A DNA stretch of 64,000 bases, taken from NCBI GenBank assembly GCA_000004985.1, contig GG738900.1, one strand, 5' to 3'. The notes under the pieces were generated by a model that searched no databases, was not told the origin of the DNA, and saw only the letters and a program-made list of their open reading frames with translations. This stretch comes from Naegleria gruberi. Lineage: Eukaryota. Positions 50,021 to 61,650 of the stretch are shown one piece after another (within the stretch, counting starts at the first letter, position 1; each line of letters starts with the position of its first letter). A program made the translations under genes and the position numbers.

Positions 50021-51271
50021 ATGAGCTTTTTGTTTAATCCTTTGGTTTTTGAATCAACTCCAACTAGAAATAACATTCCTGTTTATGCCCAACAAGGAAC
50101 CATTCCAAGATATTTGAACCAACAAGTTTATGTTCCTACTCAAGTCACTTATCAAGAACCATCTCTTCAATTCAAAGTTTTTGCTTTCGACAAGTTGAAT
50201 GGTAATAGTAGATTGAATTTTGGTGAGGCATCAAATGTTTACAGATTCGAATTATTTCAAAATAGATCCCTTCAAGGATTTTTGAATGTTTTGAAGAGTA
50301 ATGGTATTTCTGCTCAATCTCACAAGTTTTATTATGTTGATGATGAACAAGATTTGGTTGTCTTGTCTACTGAGTATGATTTCAAGTACATGTTAAAGAT
50401 TTTAAAGGGAAATGCTATTAAGATTGTTTGTGAAAAGATTCCACAACCACAACCTGTATGCCAAAGATCTCATCCAAGAACTAATTGTGCAGCTGGATTT
50501 AGAAATCTTCCATTCTTTATGAAACCAATTTTTGAAAAGGAAGAAGAAAAAGAAGAGCATTTAATTGAACAAGCTTTGGATTCAGTTTTTTCTGGAATTT
50601 TTGAAAAGAAACAAGAAAGACCTCAACCAAATAACTCACAATTCAATACTCAAAGAGTGAGAACCATTAGATTGTCTGAGTTGTTGAAGAATGCTCAAAA
50701 GGAAAAGCAAGAAAAGAAGGAAGAAAAGCAAACAAGATCATTTGAGGATTATCTTGCTGAATTGTTTGGAAAGAAACTTGCCGAAAGAAGAAATCAAGAA
50801 GGAGAGCAAGCCAAGAAGGAAGAGTCAAAGGTTGAAGAAAAGAGTGTTCCACAACAACAACAAGAATCAACTGTTGAAGAAAAGAAAGAAGAGCTGAAGG
50901 AAGAATCTCAACCTGAAGAAAAGAAGGACACACCATTCTTGTCCACTTCACAAATTATTTCAAATTATTTAATTGAAGATGAGGAAGAAGATATTGTTAC
51001 AGATGAAGATGATTACGACTCTGATGATCAATCATCAGTTGCTTCTGAACAAGTCAACCAAACTGAAGTTCAATATCCAACTATTTCAGCAGAAGAAGAA
51101 TCATCAAATACAATTCCAGAAACTTCCAATGAAGAACAACCATCCTACGAAAATGAATTGAAATTACTCTCAGATATGGGATTCACCAATACAAGTGAAA
51201 ATCTCACATTATTGAACAAGTACTCTGGTGATGTTCAAAGAACAGTCTCTGAATTAGTTTACTACTATTAA
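50021..51271 (+). CDS. PB1- and UBA-domain protein (p62/NBR1-like), ~416 aa; ATG at 50021 (the track ORF starts at an upstream GTG)
   Basis: N-terminal PB1-like fold (LQFKVFAFDK…YYVDDEQDLVVLSTEYDFKYMLK), a K/E-rich linker, and a C-terminal UBA (YENELKLLSDMGFTNTSENLTLLNKYSGDVQRTVSELV). Confidence 0.65.
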   Translation: MSFLFNPLVFESTPTRNNIPVYAQQGTIPRYLNQQVYVPTQVTYQEPSLQFKVFAFDKLNGNSRLNFGEASNVYRFELFQNRSLQGFLNVLKSNGISAQSHKFYYVDDEQDLVVLSTEYDFKYMLKILKGNAIKIVCEKIPQPQPVCQRSHPRTNCAAGFRNLPFFMKPIFEKEEEKEEHLIEQALDSVFSGIFEKKQERPQPNNSQFNTQRVRTIRLSELLKNAQKEKQEKKEEKQTRSFEDYLAELFGKKLAERRNQEGEQAKKEESKVEEKSVPQQQQESTVEEKKEELKEESQPEEKKDTPFLSTSQIISNYLIEDEEEDIVTDEDDYDSDDQSSVASEQVNQTEVQYPTISAEEESSNTIPETSNEEQPSYENELKLLSDMGFTNTSENLTLLNKYSGDVQRTVSELVYYY

Positions 51272-51397
51272 TCTCAATAACCTTAAACATGCACTCTGTA
51301 AATATGTAAATAATAAATGAAAAAGCTCAGAAAGTCATTGAAATCCAATATCTATTATTTTTGGCGCCAAATATTTAATCAATTTTTTAATTAAAAA

Positions 51398-53656
51398 ATG
51401 TACAACGCTCAAGGTGGTGGAAATCATTCAACCGCCTCATCCACACCATCAACACAACAACAACCAACATCGGGTGGTGGTATTGGTGGACAACAGCAGC
51501 CTCTCTATTATGGATCGCCTTCTTTTAGTGCTGTGTCCTCTGGTAACCAGGGAATGACTTCACCAAGTAAAGGAATTTCATCGAATAGCACTGCCTTCTA
51601 TCCAAAGTTTTTCAATCCGTCCTCCTCTTCTCCCAATATGAATAATACCAACATCACCAATAATAATAATAGCAGTGTTGTTGCTAATAATAATATCGCT
51701 GCTAATAACAATAATAATACTACTATTCAATCATCACCTAAATTATCTTCATCATCATTTGTTTTTCAACCTAAGGGACAGAATTATAATGAAAATAGTG
51801 GACAACAAATTAATTTATCTTCCAATTCAACAACACCATCCTTTACTGCTGTACATGTAAGTGTAAATATGTGATCGATAATATTATAATGGCGATCAAC
51901 AAACAATAATATTTTGATTAACTTTGCTCTTTAACAATCAAATCTACTTTCATCACAATAATAACAGCAACAAAATCAACAGACATTCAATAACAAAAAG
52001 CTCCAATCCAAGTTACAATATGATCTCTACCAACAACATCTCCAACATAAAAGAAATACTCCTGTAACATCATCACCACATTATCATCATCATAATAATG
52101 TTAATGATAATAACAATAACGGATCATATATTTTCACACCTGCTGACATGTCAACCGATCCAAAATCTGCTTATCGTGGTATTCACAACTTTTTTGTTAA
52201 TGATTCACTGAGGAACATTTTGTTAAATAGAGGACTCATGAATTATGTACAAAGTTTGGATGATATTGATGAAGAAACTATGAATCAAGGAGATATTGCT
52301 GAGAGAATTTCACAAATTCCAAGATATATCGATCAATATCACTCATTCTATCCATTAGATCAAAACTTTTGGAGCGACAATAGTATCCAAGAAATTGATT
52401 TTGCCTTTGGTCAATCATTTAGAGTAATAGACTCTGCTAGTGCTTCCCCATGTTGTTTGAGACGTATTAGTGAACATCAAATTCTTTCAATTGAACAAGC
52501 TTTGACTAGTGCCGATCCATGGTTCAAGATCAAACATCCAAATATTGTCTCTTTGAAACAAGTCATCTCTACTGATCAATTCGGAAATGATAATGATTTA
52601 TTGTTTATTTATGACTATAGTCCTGGAGCAGAAACTTTGGAAGAACACTTCTTTATTGAGACCTCTAGAGCTCCTGCAGAATCTACATTGTGGAGTCTTA
52701 TTTGCCAATGTCTCAGTGCTCTAAGAGAAATTCACTCTAAGAATTTGGCCTACAGAACCTTTTACACCAACAAGATTATTATTCTTCCAGGGTTAACAAA
52801 CAAGAGATTCAAGTTGAATTGTTCTGGTATGCTTGATATTTTGGAAAATACTGAAGAGGCTGATATTGCTGCACAACAAAAGGAAGATTTTAAACATTTT
52901 GGTATTTTACTTGTAGAATTAATGTGCACATTTAGAGAATTGAGCGATGCTCCACATGCTTTGTCAGTTTTGAACAATAGTGAGGTAGGTTTTTTATTTT
53001 AAAATTTCTAATTAATTTAAATTATTTATATTAATATATTAATTTATAATTAATAATATTCTTATTTACTATTATATTAAATAATTTGAAATTACAGAGT
53101 ATTTCTTGTAAATACTCTACAGAACTTGTTGACTTTGTAAAGACCCTCCTCCAAGATGACATTGACTTGAACAAACTCATCTCAAACATTGCTTTGAGAT
53201 ATGTCGATGAATTGTCTACCATGTACAATTATGTAGATACTATTGAAAATGAATTAGCTAAGGAATTAGAAAATGGACGTTTGTTTAGATTGTTGGTCAA
53301 ATTGAACTTTGTTGCCCAACACGAAGAGTAAGTATTTCTCACATGTTTCCATTATTTAATTTACATTTTCACATAACAGCTTTGAATTTAGCACCAAAAA
53401 CAAGCAAGGAGTAACAGATAGACAAATGCTCAAACTCTTCTGTGATTATTTATTCGTTCAAGTCTCAGATACCAATCAATGCATTCTTGATTTTGGACAT
53501 ATTGTTGAAACTTTGAACAAACTAGATGCTGGAACCAATGAAAAGGTACTACTTATGAGCAGAGATGAACAATCGCTCATCGTAGTGACCTACAAGGATT
53601 TGAAGAATTCCATCAAGACTCAATTCGCCAATCTCCTTCGTAAAAATAAAGTATAA
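51398..53656 (+). CDS. PAN3: PAN3 (PAN2-PAN3 deadenylase regulatory subunit, pseudokinase), 4 exons: join(51398..51856, 51968..52984, 53098..53327, 53380|53392..53656), ~660 aa
   Basis: Pseudokinase core HPNIVSLKQVISTDQFGNDNDLLFIYDYSPGAETLEEHF…WSLICQCLSALREIHSKNLAYRTFYTNKIIILPG, then a coiled-coil and a C-terminal knob. The introns are GTAAGT/GTAGGT. The last acceptor is ambiguous; both candidates are in frame. Confidence 0.7.
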
Positions 53657-53671
53657 AAAAACAATTAAAAA

Positions 53672-56239
53672 TTAAACTCCCTTTCTTGGTTTTAATGTGA
53701 ACTTTAAGGCAATGTAAGCAATGATTCTCATTCCAACTGAGATACCCAAAACTATTCCCAAATTAACCCAAGTATTCATCAGGCCATTGTTCATTCCATA
53801 ATAATCGAGAATAAAGTCGAGATTTGGATATGGACACGATTCGTCTTGATCAGTTGGACAGTCTATTGTTCTTCCACCAAATTCATTTACAATGAGAGCT
53901 TTAAATCCATAATTGAATGGTGAAAAGTAGGTGAACCAAGCCAAGTAAACTGGAATTTGATCGATATTTCTATAAAATCCAGAAAAGACATGGAAAGTTG
54001 TTGAAATGGGAGGTAAAAGCATGGTGGCAATTTCTACACGCCTCACTAGAATGGCCAAAACCATTCCAAAACTATGAGCTGCCTGTGAAAGTACCAAAAT
54101 AATCAAAATGAACATTAAAAATCTATCAATAGTTAAGGTCAATCCTGCCAACAAGTAAACTATCGTTCCAAAAAACACTGGATGAGGAATAATCAACAAC
54201 ATATCCGCAAAGAACTTTCCAAAATAATAACTACTTATTGAAAAACATTTAGCACCTCGTTCTCTTAAAAAGTACAATCTCTCTCCTCTGAAAATTGAGA
54301 TTGGAGTACCAAATGAATTCGACCACTGATTAGTAACCACAAAGAAGAGCAAACCAAGCTTATTCTGAACTGAATTTTGATCATTCTTTGTCTGAAAGTA
54401 AATAAATCCAACTAAAATTGCATAAATAATTTGTTGAATAACTCGAATTTTTGTAAATTTGAAATCTCTGTACTGATTGAGGAAACTTCTTAAAAACATG
54501 ACAAGGAATTGAGTCCACCATGTTGATTTCTCCACTTTTGGTAAAGTACATTCTCGTAATTCGAAAGTGTCATGCACAGATGGAATAATCTGTTGCTTAA
54601 TCTTTTCAAAACTGTCAACAATCTTATTAATCCTTTCCATTTCACTTTCATGTGTCTTTTCATGAGCAAATATAGCATGTGAATCCTCTGTTATCATATC
54701 CATCACAAAATCTGCTGGATTGTAATTGTCATTCATTGCAAAACCAATCTTTTTAAAATACTTTACAACTTTGCTAGTTGATCCAAAGTATGCAATTTTA
54801 CCACTTGCTAACAGGAGTAAATTATCCAGATAATCCAAAATATCAGATCTAGGTTGGTGAATTGTCATAATCACTGTAATATTATGAGTTTTGGCAACGT
54901 GTGAAATTGTTTGAACCACGTCGAGGGCTGTCTTTGAATCAAGGGATGTACTTGGTTCGTCTAGAATCAAAATTGGAGGATTGGTGAGTAGAGCAATCGC
55001 AATGCCCAATCTCTTTCTTTCACCTCCACTAATTCCTTTGGAAAGTCCAACTTCACCAATTAAGGTATCAGCACACTTTTCCAATTTGAGTAATTGAAGA
55101 ACGTAATCAACTTTTTTCATCTTTTCTTGATAAGAAGTCGTTGAAGGAAGTTTCAACATGGCAGAATATCGTAAAGTTTCTCTAACTGTCAAATTTCCCA
55201 TCAATAAATCATCTTGATAGACATATCCCACTAATGATTTCAATCTATTTTTCACAACCATTCCATTTATAATAATTTCACCACTCGTACATTTCGTCTG
55301 TCCAGCTAAAATATTTAAAAGTGAAGTTTTTCCTGCTCCACTAGGTGCCTAAATTAATTTCCAAAATTGGTAATATAACATTTACACTCTCTCCAACAAT
55401 TCAAATCATTTCCAACTTACCATGATAGCCAATATCGATCCTGGATATGCAATACCATCAATTCCATTCAAAATTTGAATAAATTTACTTGGTTTTTCCA
55501 TTTTTGAATCGCCTTCCTTTTTTAAACTTTTTGAAATGATATCATTGAGGAAACTAGTTTCTCTTTTGACCTGATAACAAATATTTCTCCATGAAATAAT
55601 TGCTCCAGTTTCATGTTTTTCATTTTTCCAATCTTGGAATTGATCCAGATAAATTTCACTATACGAAACTACGTCCGATTTACGAAATGAACCTTTTGTG
55701 GGAGAAACTAGCTTTTTCACAACATCTACTAAAGTTTCTGTTGGAGTTTTTGCGGAATCTTTTGAATTCATCTTTCGAATAGAATAAGACGAACCAGTTT
55801 TCTTCATTGAATGTTCCTCAATTTGTTTTTCATGTGTTCGAATGATTTTTGACAAATCCAGAGATATGTTATAATCATCTTCCACTAGAATGTGAGTTTC
55901 GTCTGAAGAAGTTGAAGAATTCGGTGAAGGAATCTCAATATTCGAAAGACTATTCGAATAGTAAACTTTGTGATGATTATCAACATTATTATCAATGGCA
56001 TATAATAAATTTGGCGTATTCGGTGATATTTCATAAATTTCTGGCGTTCCAAAATTTACAGTTTTCGTCTTGGTATGCTCCCGAGCTGTTGTTGGTATTT
56101 CTAATGTTTGTTTAGTTTCGTTTTGTTTCGTTTCATCCAATATGATGATGTTTTCTTCGTCTGCATGTACGATTGCTGTACGTCGACGAGTCATGGATGA
56201 TTGCTCCACATCTCGCCTTGTATTTGAAGATTCGTCCAT
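53672..56239 (-). CDS. ABC transporter, G-family half-transporter (NBD-TMD), 2 exons: complement(join(53672..55348, 55421..56239)), ~831 aa with a Ser/Thr-rich N-terminal extension
   Basis: …ISWRNICYQVK…GSILAIM|GTAAGT…TAG|APSGAGKTSLLNILAG (Walker A split by a 72-nt intron). ABC signature ISGGERKRLGIA, Walker B ILILDEPSTSLD, and six C-terminal TM helices. Confidence 0.8.
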
Positions 56240-56758
56240 ATTATTTCAGTTTCTAATAGAGACGATTTTTTTAAAGTTTGTAATACACTTACATTTTCAT
56301 TAGAATAGCATGCAAATGCTCCCAAAAGTGCATCCACAAGAACATTTTCTCTGACAGTAACGTTTTTTACCTCATGATAGGAACCTTTAATGTCAACTGT
56401 CAAGCCATTTTCTTTCATTTTTGCCAAGTTGCAATGTAATTGGATATAATGCCGCACCATACAACAGGAAATGAACAAACATTAATAAAATTTACCTTAC
56501 ATTCATGAAAGTCACATTAGAAATCATTAGTTTACTTTAGTTTTGCAAGTAAAAGAAAAGTTTACAAAAAATTTTACAATTTATTAAAGTACATTCAAGG
56601 CAATAAACTCTTAAATAATTCGTTGCATTGGCCAAATACATAAACAACCCGGTTTTGACCTTTCGTCAGTGAAAAAACTCTTTCTTGACTATGAATCGTC
56701 CACTTTCTAATTTTCATTCGAATAGCCTTCATTGGAAAGCAATCGAATTTGATGAGAA

Positions 56759-58277
56759 ATGCATTTTACAATTTTCGCAGTATTTCAACTACAGTTTTTG
56801 AAAGGTCCTGAAAAAAATACAAACTCTCAAAAAGAGAAAGATAATTCACCAAATAGAAATTTTTTTTTTATTTCTTTATTTGGTAACATTAGGTATGTGG
56901 ATAATGAATTTATTCTAAACTTGTCGAATATTCATCAATTCTTTAATAATTTTTGAAATTCCATTTTCGAATCAAAAATGATTCATCAAATCAGAAAAGT
57001 ATATCGGGCGGAAAAGTAACACTGAACAACTGGTTGTAGTTACGGCTGCACTTGTAGACAACTCGAATATTCATCAATTTTACGCAAAATTATTTGCGTC
57101 CTTATTAAAGCAAGCAAAAGCAAGGGAAGAAGATTTGGATTTTGGCGGGAAAAATGTGGTTTGCTCACCTGTTTCTGTGGTTGTGGCCCTTTCGATGGTT
57201 TTGGTGGGTGCGAGTGGAAAAACATTTATAGAGATGGTGAGAGGCATGTTTGGAAGTGAATTGGAAGAGCAGGGATTGGATTACTTTGGAATCATTGAGA
57301 AAGATGTCAAGCCAATGATGGAACAAATGATGAAGAGTTTCAATATTGAGAATGATGATGATTGTGGAACGACCCTTAGTATGGTGAATTCTATTTTCCT
57401 ATCTGATCAATTTACGTTGTTAGAGAGCTATCACTCATTGGTCAATCAAACGTTTAATGCTAAAGTTGATTCGTGTGATTTTGTGAATAATCAAGAAGGA
57501 GAAATTGCAAAGATTAATAAGTTTGTTTCAGATTTTACAAAGGGAATGATTCAAAACATTGTAGATTGTAATTTCATTCAGAAAACAACTCGAATTGTTT
57601 CACTGAATGGGATTTATTTTGCAGCTCAATGGAAAGATCAGTTTGATCCATCCGAAACTAAAAAGAAACCATTCTTCACTTGTGATGGCTCAGATTCCGT
57701 TTCAATAGAAATGATGATCAAGAAGGATACAAGAGTTCTCTACGGTAATGATGATCCTGATGAGGATGAAAATCCTCAATATCACTGGATTAAACTTCCC
57801 TACAGAAGTGAACATTCAATGATAATCATCATGCCAATGGACAAAACTGAAGAAAATGATGTGTTTGACAAGTGGATTGTGGAAAAATTGGAAAGAATGT
57901 ATTACTTCTCAACTGAAAGTATTACCATGGACAGACTTTCACTTCCCAAAATGAAAATCAAGGAAAAGGTCAACCTGAACGATGTCTTTAAATCTGAACC
58001 ATTCAATATGAAAAGCATGTTTTCAGAGAATGCCAACTTTGAAAGAATGATTCAAAATGATCATCTTCCAATCACTGATATTTTCCACGAATGTGTTATT
58101 GAAATCAATGAAGAGGGAACCAAAGCGTCTGCCATCACTATCAAAGGAAGAGGAAAATCAGCTAAAAGCAAATTCTACTTTGATGTGAATCGACCTTTTG
58201 TAATGCTCATTACAGAAAATTGCACTCAACAAGTTCTATTCATATCGAAAATTAACAATCTTTCCAGTAGTGAATAA
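56759..58277 (+). CDS. Serpin (serine protease inhibitor). The main exon from ~57040 to 58277 is secure. The 5' exon (56759..56882, MHFTIFAVFQLQFLKG…) is a tentative assignment.
   Basis: …FYAKLFASLLKQ…NVVCSPVSVVVALSMVLVGASGKT… (serpin N-terminal helix motifs), NGIYFAAQWKDQF, and the C-terminal FYFDVNRPFVMLITE signature. The in-frame region upstream of 57135 has no ATG, so a spliced 5' exon is required (donor G|GTAACA at 56883). Confidence 0.65.
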
Positions 58278-58715
58278 TAACTAACACCAACAATTTTATT
58301 AATTGTTTCTTCAATTTTGTAACGATTACCAAGTTCCAAAAAATGTTAACAAATCATCAGGCAAAAAGTTAGTTTTCTTCAATGTTGCGAATTTTTATAA
58401 GAATAATAATAATTGCTTGTTTATGATCATTACCATCATCATGATGAACGAATACTGATACTAATAATAATAATAATAATAATTTAATTTTTATATTACT
58501 GAATTGATTGATGAACAATTGATGAATAATTAATTATAGGGAAGGGAGAAAATAATTCCTTGTGCAACCGATCAAGATCGGGTCGTGAATTTGAAGGTTG
58601 TACAGTGAATCGTATCTTTGCAAGCTTTTCTCATACATTTTCCAGTACAAATCCAAAGTTTCAAGACAATTATACTCCTCTCGATCATAGTAAATATGAA
58701 TTATACGAGTGGAAA

Positions 58716-59915
58716 ATGTCGACCAATCAGCCACAAATTGTCATTAAGGAAGTTAGTACTGGAAAGGACTATATGACATTATTAACCATGGATGGTCGAT
58801 TGTTGTTTATGGGACAAAATACATTTGCATTGGGTTCTGTATTGAGTGGAGAAAAGCTTCCTGATTATGTAACATGTCTGGAGGAGGCTTGTGTAAAGGT
58901 AGTCAGTGGGAGAGGTGATAATGGTGTAGGAGAAACCTTTTTAGAATTGGGTAAGAAGGAGACGAGGAATTTTCTTCATGTTGGAAGTGGAATGTACTTT
59001 ATGGTAGTTCTTACGTCAGATTATAGATTGATTTCTTCTGGATCTAATGAGTGTGGACAGACAGGTGTTGGTCAAAATGCTAGTAGCATGGGAGGTTTTT
59101 CTGAATGTGTTTTCAATAAGGATTTACAAGATTCAAAGAATGAAATATTGAGAGGAATTGTTAAAATTGCATGTGGATACCAACATTGTATGATATTGAC
59201 TAGAGATGGAACAATGATTGGAACTGGGTGTTCCTACCAACGTCAATTAGGTCCAATTGAAAATGATATATCCTATGAATTTACAAAATTAGTATCTCCT
59301 GAAACGACTACTCCAATAGTAGATATTCAATGTGGATACTTTAGTAGTTCATGTATTGACGCTAATGGAATGGTATATGTAGTTGGACAAGAGAGTTACA
59401 CTCGACTCGTCGCTGCAGAGAAATGGACCAAATTACAAACTTTTATTTATGATCCAGTTCAATACATGACAATGAGTTGTTCCAATTCATTCTTTCGAAC
59501 AACAAGTGGATTAGTCTATCACAATTGGGGAAGTAATGATGACAATGAAAACAAACCATTTGAGAATTTGCAAAAATTAAGTGAGATACCTAATGTGGAA
59601 TATATATTTGGAAAGGAAAATTTCTTAGCTGTAACGGAATCTAAGGATATCTATCTCTCCACAAACTCTTCTTGTTCTGGAATTATTAAACCACCAACAT
59701 CTGATACTCGTTGGTTTGAATACAATGGCCTCAAACAACACATTCCTAAAAATGGAAGATATCAACTATTCATCGCCGATGCATTCAGCTTTTACATGTA
59801 CTTTATTCTATCCTCCAATAAGGAAGGTCACTTGAAGGATAATCTGAAAATTACACTCCAAAAAGGACAAACAGATTTTGAAAAGAATTATTTCATGGAC
59901 ATTATCATCAAGTAG
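58716..59915 (+). CDS. RCC1-repeat (beta-propeller) protein, ~400 aa; ATG at 58716
   Basis: Repeated …ACGYQHCMILTRDGTMIGTGCSYQRQLG… / …SSGSNECGQTGVG… motifs typical of RCC1 blades. Confidence 0.6.
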   Translation: MSTNQPQIVIKEVSTGKDYMTLLTMDGRLLFMGQNTFALGSVLSGEKLPDYVTCLEEACVKVVSGRGDNGVGETFLELGKKETRNFLHVGSGMYFMVVLTSDYRLISSGSNECGQTGVGQNASSMGGFSECVFNKDLQDSKNEILRGIVKIACGYQHCMILTRDGTMIGTGCSYQRQLGPIENDISYEFTKLVSPETTTPIVDIQCGYFSSSCIDANGMVYVVGQESYTRLVAAEKWTKLQTFIYDPVQYMTMSCSNSFFRTTSGLVYHNWGSNDDNENKPFENLQKLSEIPNVEYIFGKENFLAVTESKDIYLSTNSSCSGIIKPPTSDTRWFEYNGLKQHIPKNGRYQLFIADAFSFYMYFILSSNKEGHLKDNLKITLQKGQTDFEKNYFMDIIIK

Positions 59916-60120
59916 TAATCATACGAATTATTATACTTGTAAATATTAAACTTGTTAAAGATCATCCTTCACCATATATGATTACTACTACTTCAAAACC
60001 AAGTACAGACCTCATGACCATATACCATCACATTTACAAATAAATTCAGTGAAAATCCTGCAACTGTAACTCTTTAAAAAAAAACGGCGCACTATTTTTT
60101 GTGAATATTTTAAAAAAAAA

Positions 60121-60946
60121 ATGAAAAATTCCTTTACTGCCTCCGTCGTGATGACCATTTTCATGGTTGTTGTGTTGATGAGTTTATTGGCGCTTGATGT
60201 TGTTGAAGGTATTATGGAATCTCGTGTTCGTTTAATTGACTCCAACTCACAATTAAATCGTTTCCTCTTCCGTGGTAATACTCCAATTGAACATGGAAAT
60301 TTTGCGATTGGAAAGTTGAGAGATTTAGTCAGAGAGGTTGGAAAGAATAATAATGTTCAAGTGCCTGATGAATTCTATTTGATTGATGTATCATTCTTGA
60401 ATATGTTTGAAGAAGATTTGAAGGATGAAACAGAATATTTCAAAGCTAATCCACATATTGGTGAATTGGTTCATTGGACTATTATTGGTAATCCAATCAA
60501 TGGTACTGATTTACCTGAATGGTTGAGAAAGGATCTTGCTATTTATGAAAAGAAATGGGATAGAGAAGATAAATTGATCGATAGAGTCGATCAGCTCTAT
60601 AACTGGATTCACACTCAAGATAGCATTCATAATTTGAATCAAGATGCTCAATCTGCCAAAGCTTTGGTTTTCTACATCCATTGTGAGGCTGGAATGGATA
60701 GGTATGTAGAGTTTCATATTATTTAAAGTTGTTAACAAGTGGAATAGAACTGGTGAAGTTTCAGGTTCATATTATTTAAAGTATAACAAGTGGACATATA
60801 TGCAGACTTTGGAATATGATTATCATGTCGAAAATAGACCAATTGAGTTCATGTCACAAAATGCATTGAACTGGTTCTGTTGGCATCAATTTTACACTCT
60901 TGGTTATCCAACTGATTGTAACTTGTCACCAAGCAGAAACAAATGA
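60121..60946 (+). CDS. Secreted protein-tyrosine-phosphatase-like enzyme (Y_phosphatase3-type HCxxGxxRTG P-loop), 2 exons: join(60121..60701, 60748..60946)
   Basis: Signal peptide MKNSFTASVVMTIFMVVVLMSLLALDVVEG. The P-loop VFYIHCEAGMDR|TGE is completed only after removing a 46-nt GTATGT…ATAG intron (phase 2). Confidence 0.65.
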
Positions 60947-60989
60947 ATTTAATTTTTTGTGTCAATTTTGTTTATTAATATGAGGAGGA

Positions 60990-61610
60990 TTATTCAAGAC
61001 TTTGAATCAGATCATAATGTTGTTTCTTTTCATCGTAGGATAACCAAACTTCCTTATTCACATTTTTCACATGTTCTGGATTGACTTCAATCACTTCAGA
61101 TTGAATAATCTTCCCAGAGACAATCAAAATTCTAAAGGCAACATTCGGATACACTCTACTAGCTGCCACAACACTTGTAAAATCACCAAAAGTTCCACTC
61201 TTACTCAAACTATTCAAATATTCATCAAAACTTTGTCCTTCCTCAACAAATAGAGCATGTTTCAACTCTAATCCATCAATTTTAGTTTCCAAATTATTTC
61301 GCATCCAACCAACAATTTCCTCTCTCAATTTTTGATGATTCTTTCCATTATTAATTCCTTTCGAAAGACTATCATAGAGACAATTGCCATCCGATACGGA
61401 GGGAATAATTTTGAAATGATCAGTTAGTAATTTTCCTCGGAGTGATGATGATGATGAAATATTGTTATCAGCAAAAGAAAATCTTGATGCAGAGAAATTA
61501 CGCAAATAATTAATTTTTCTATTATTACTTGAAAAATTGGTGAATTGTTTTCTGCTTATAGATTTAATCATTTTTTTTTGATTTTTAAAAATTGTAATGG
61601 AATTGAGCAT
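60990..61610 (-). CDS. OTU-domain cysteine protease (deubiquitinase-like), 206 aa, with an N-terminal presequence-like region
   Basis: IPSVSDGNCLYDSLS (catalytic Cys box) … HYDLI (His box). The N-terminus is MIKSISRKQFTNFSSNNRKINYLRNFSASRFS. Confidence 0.7.
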   Translation of the reverse strand: MLNSITIFKNQKKMIKSISRKQFTNFSSNNRKINYLRNFSASRFSFADNNISSSSSLRGKLLTDHFKIIPSVSDGNCLYDSLSKGINNGKNHQKLREEIVGWMRNNLETKIDGLELKHALFVEEGQSFDEYLNSLSKSGTFGDFTSVVAASRVYPNVAFRILIVSGKIIQSEVIEVNPEHVKNVNKEVWLSYDEKKQHYDLIQSLE

Positions 61611-61650
61611 ATTTGGTAATTGTTAATAAATTGTTAATAATAAATTCATT

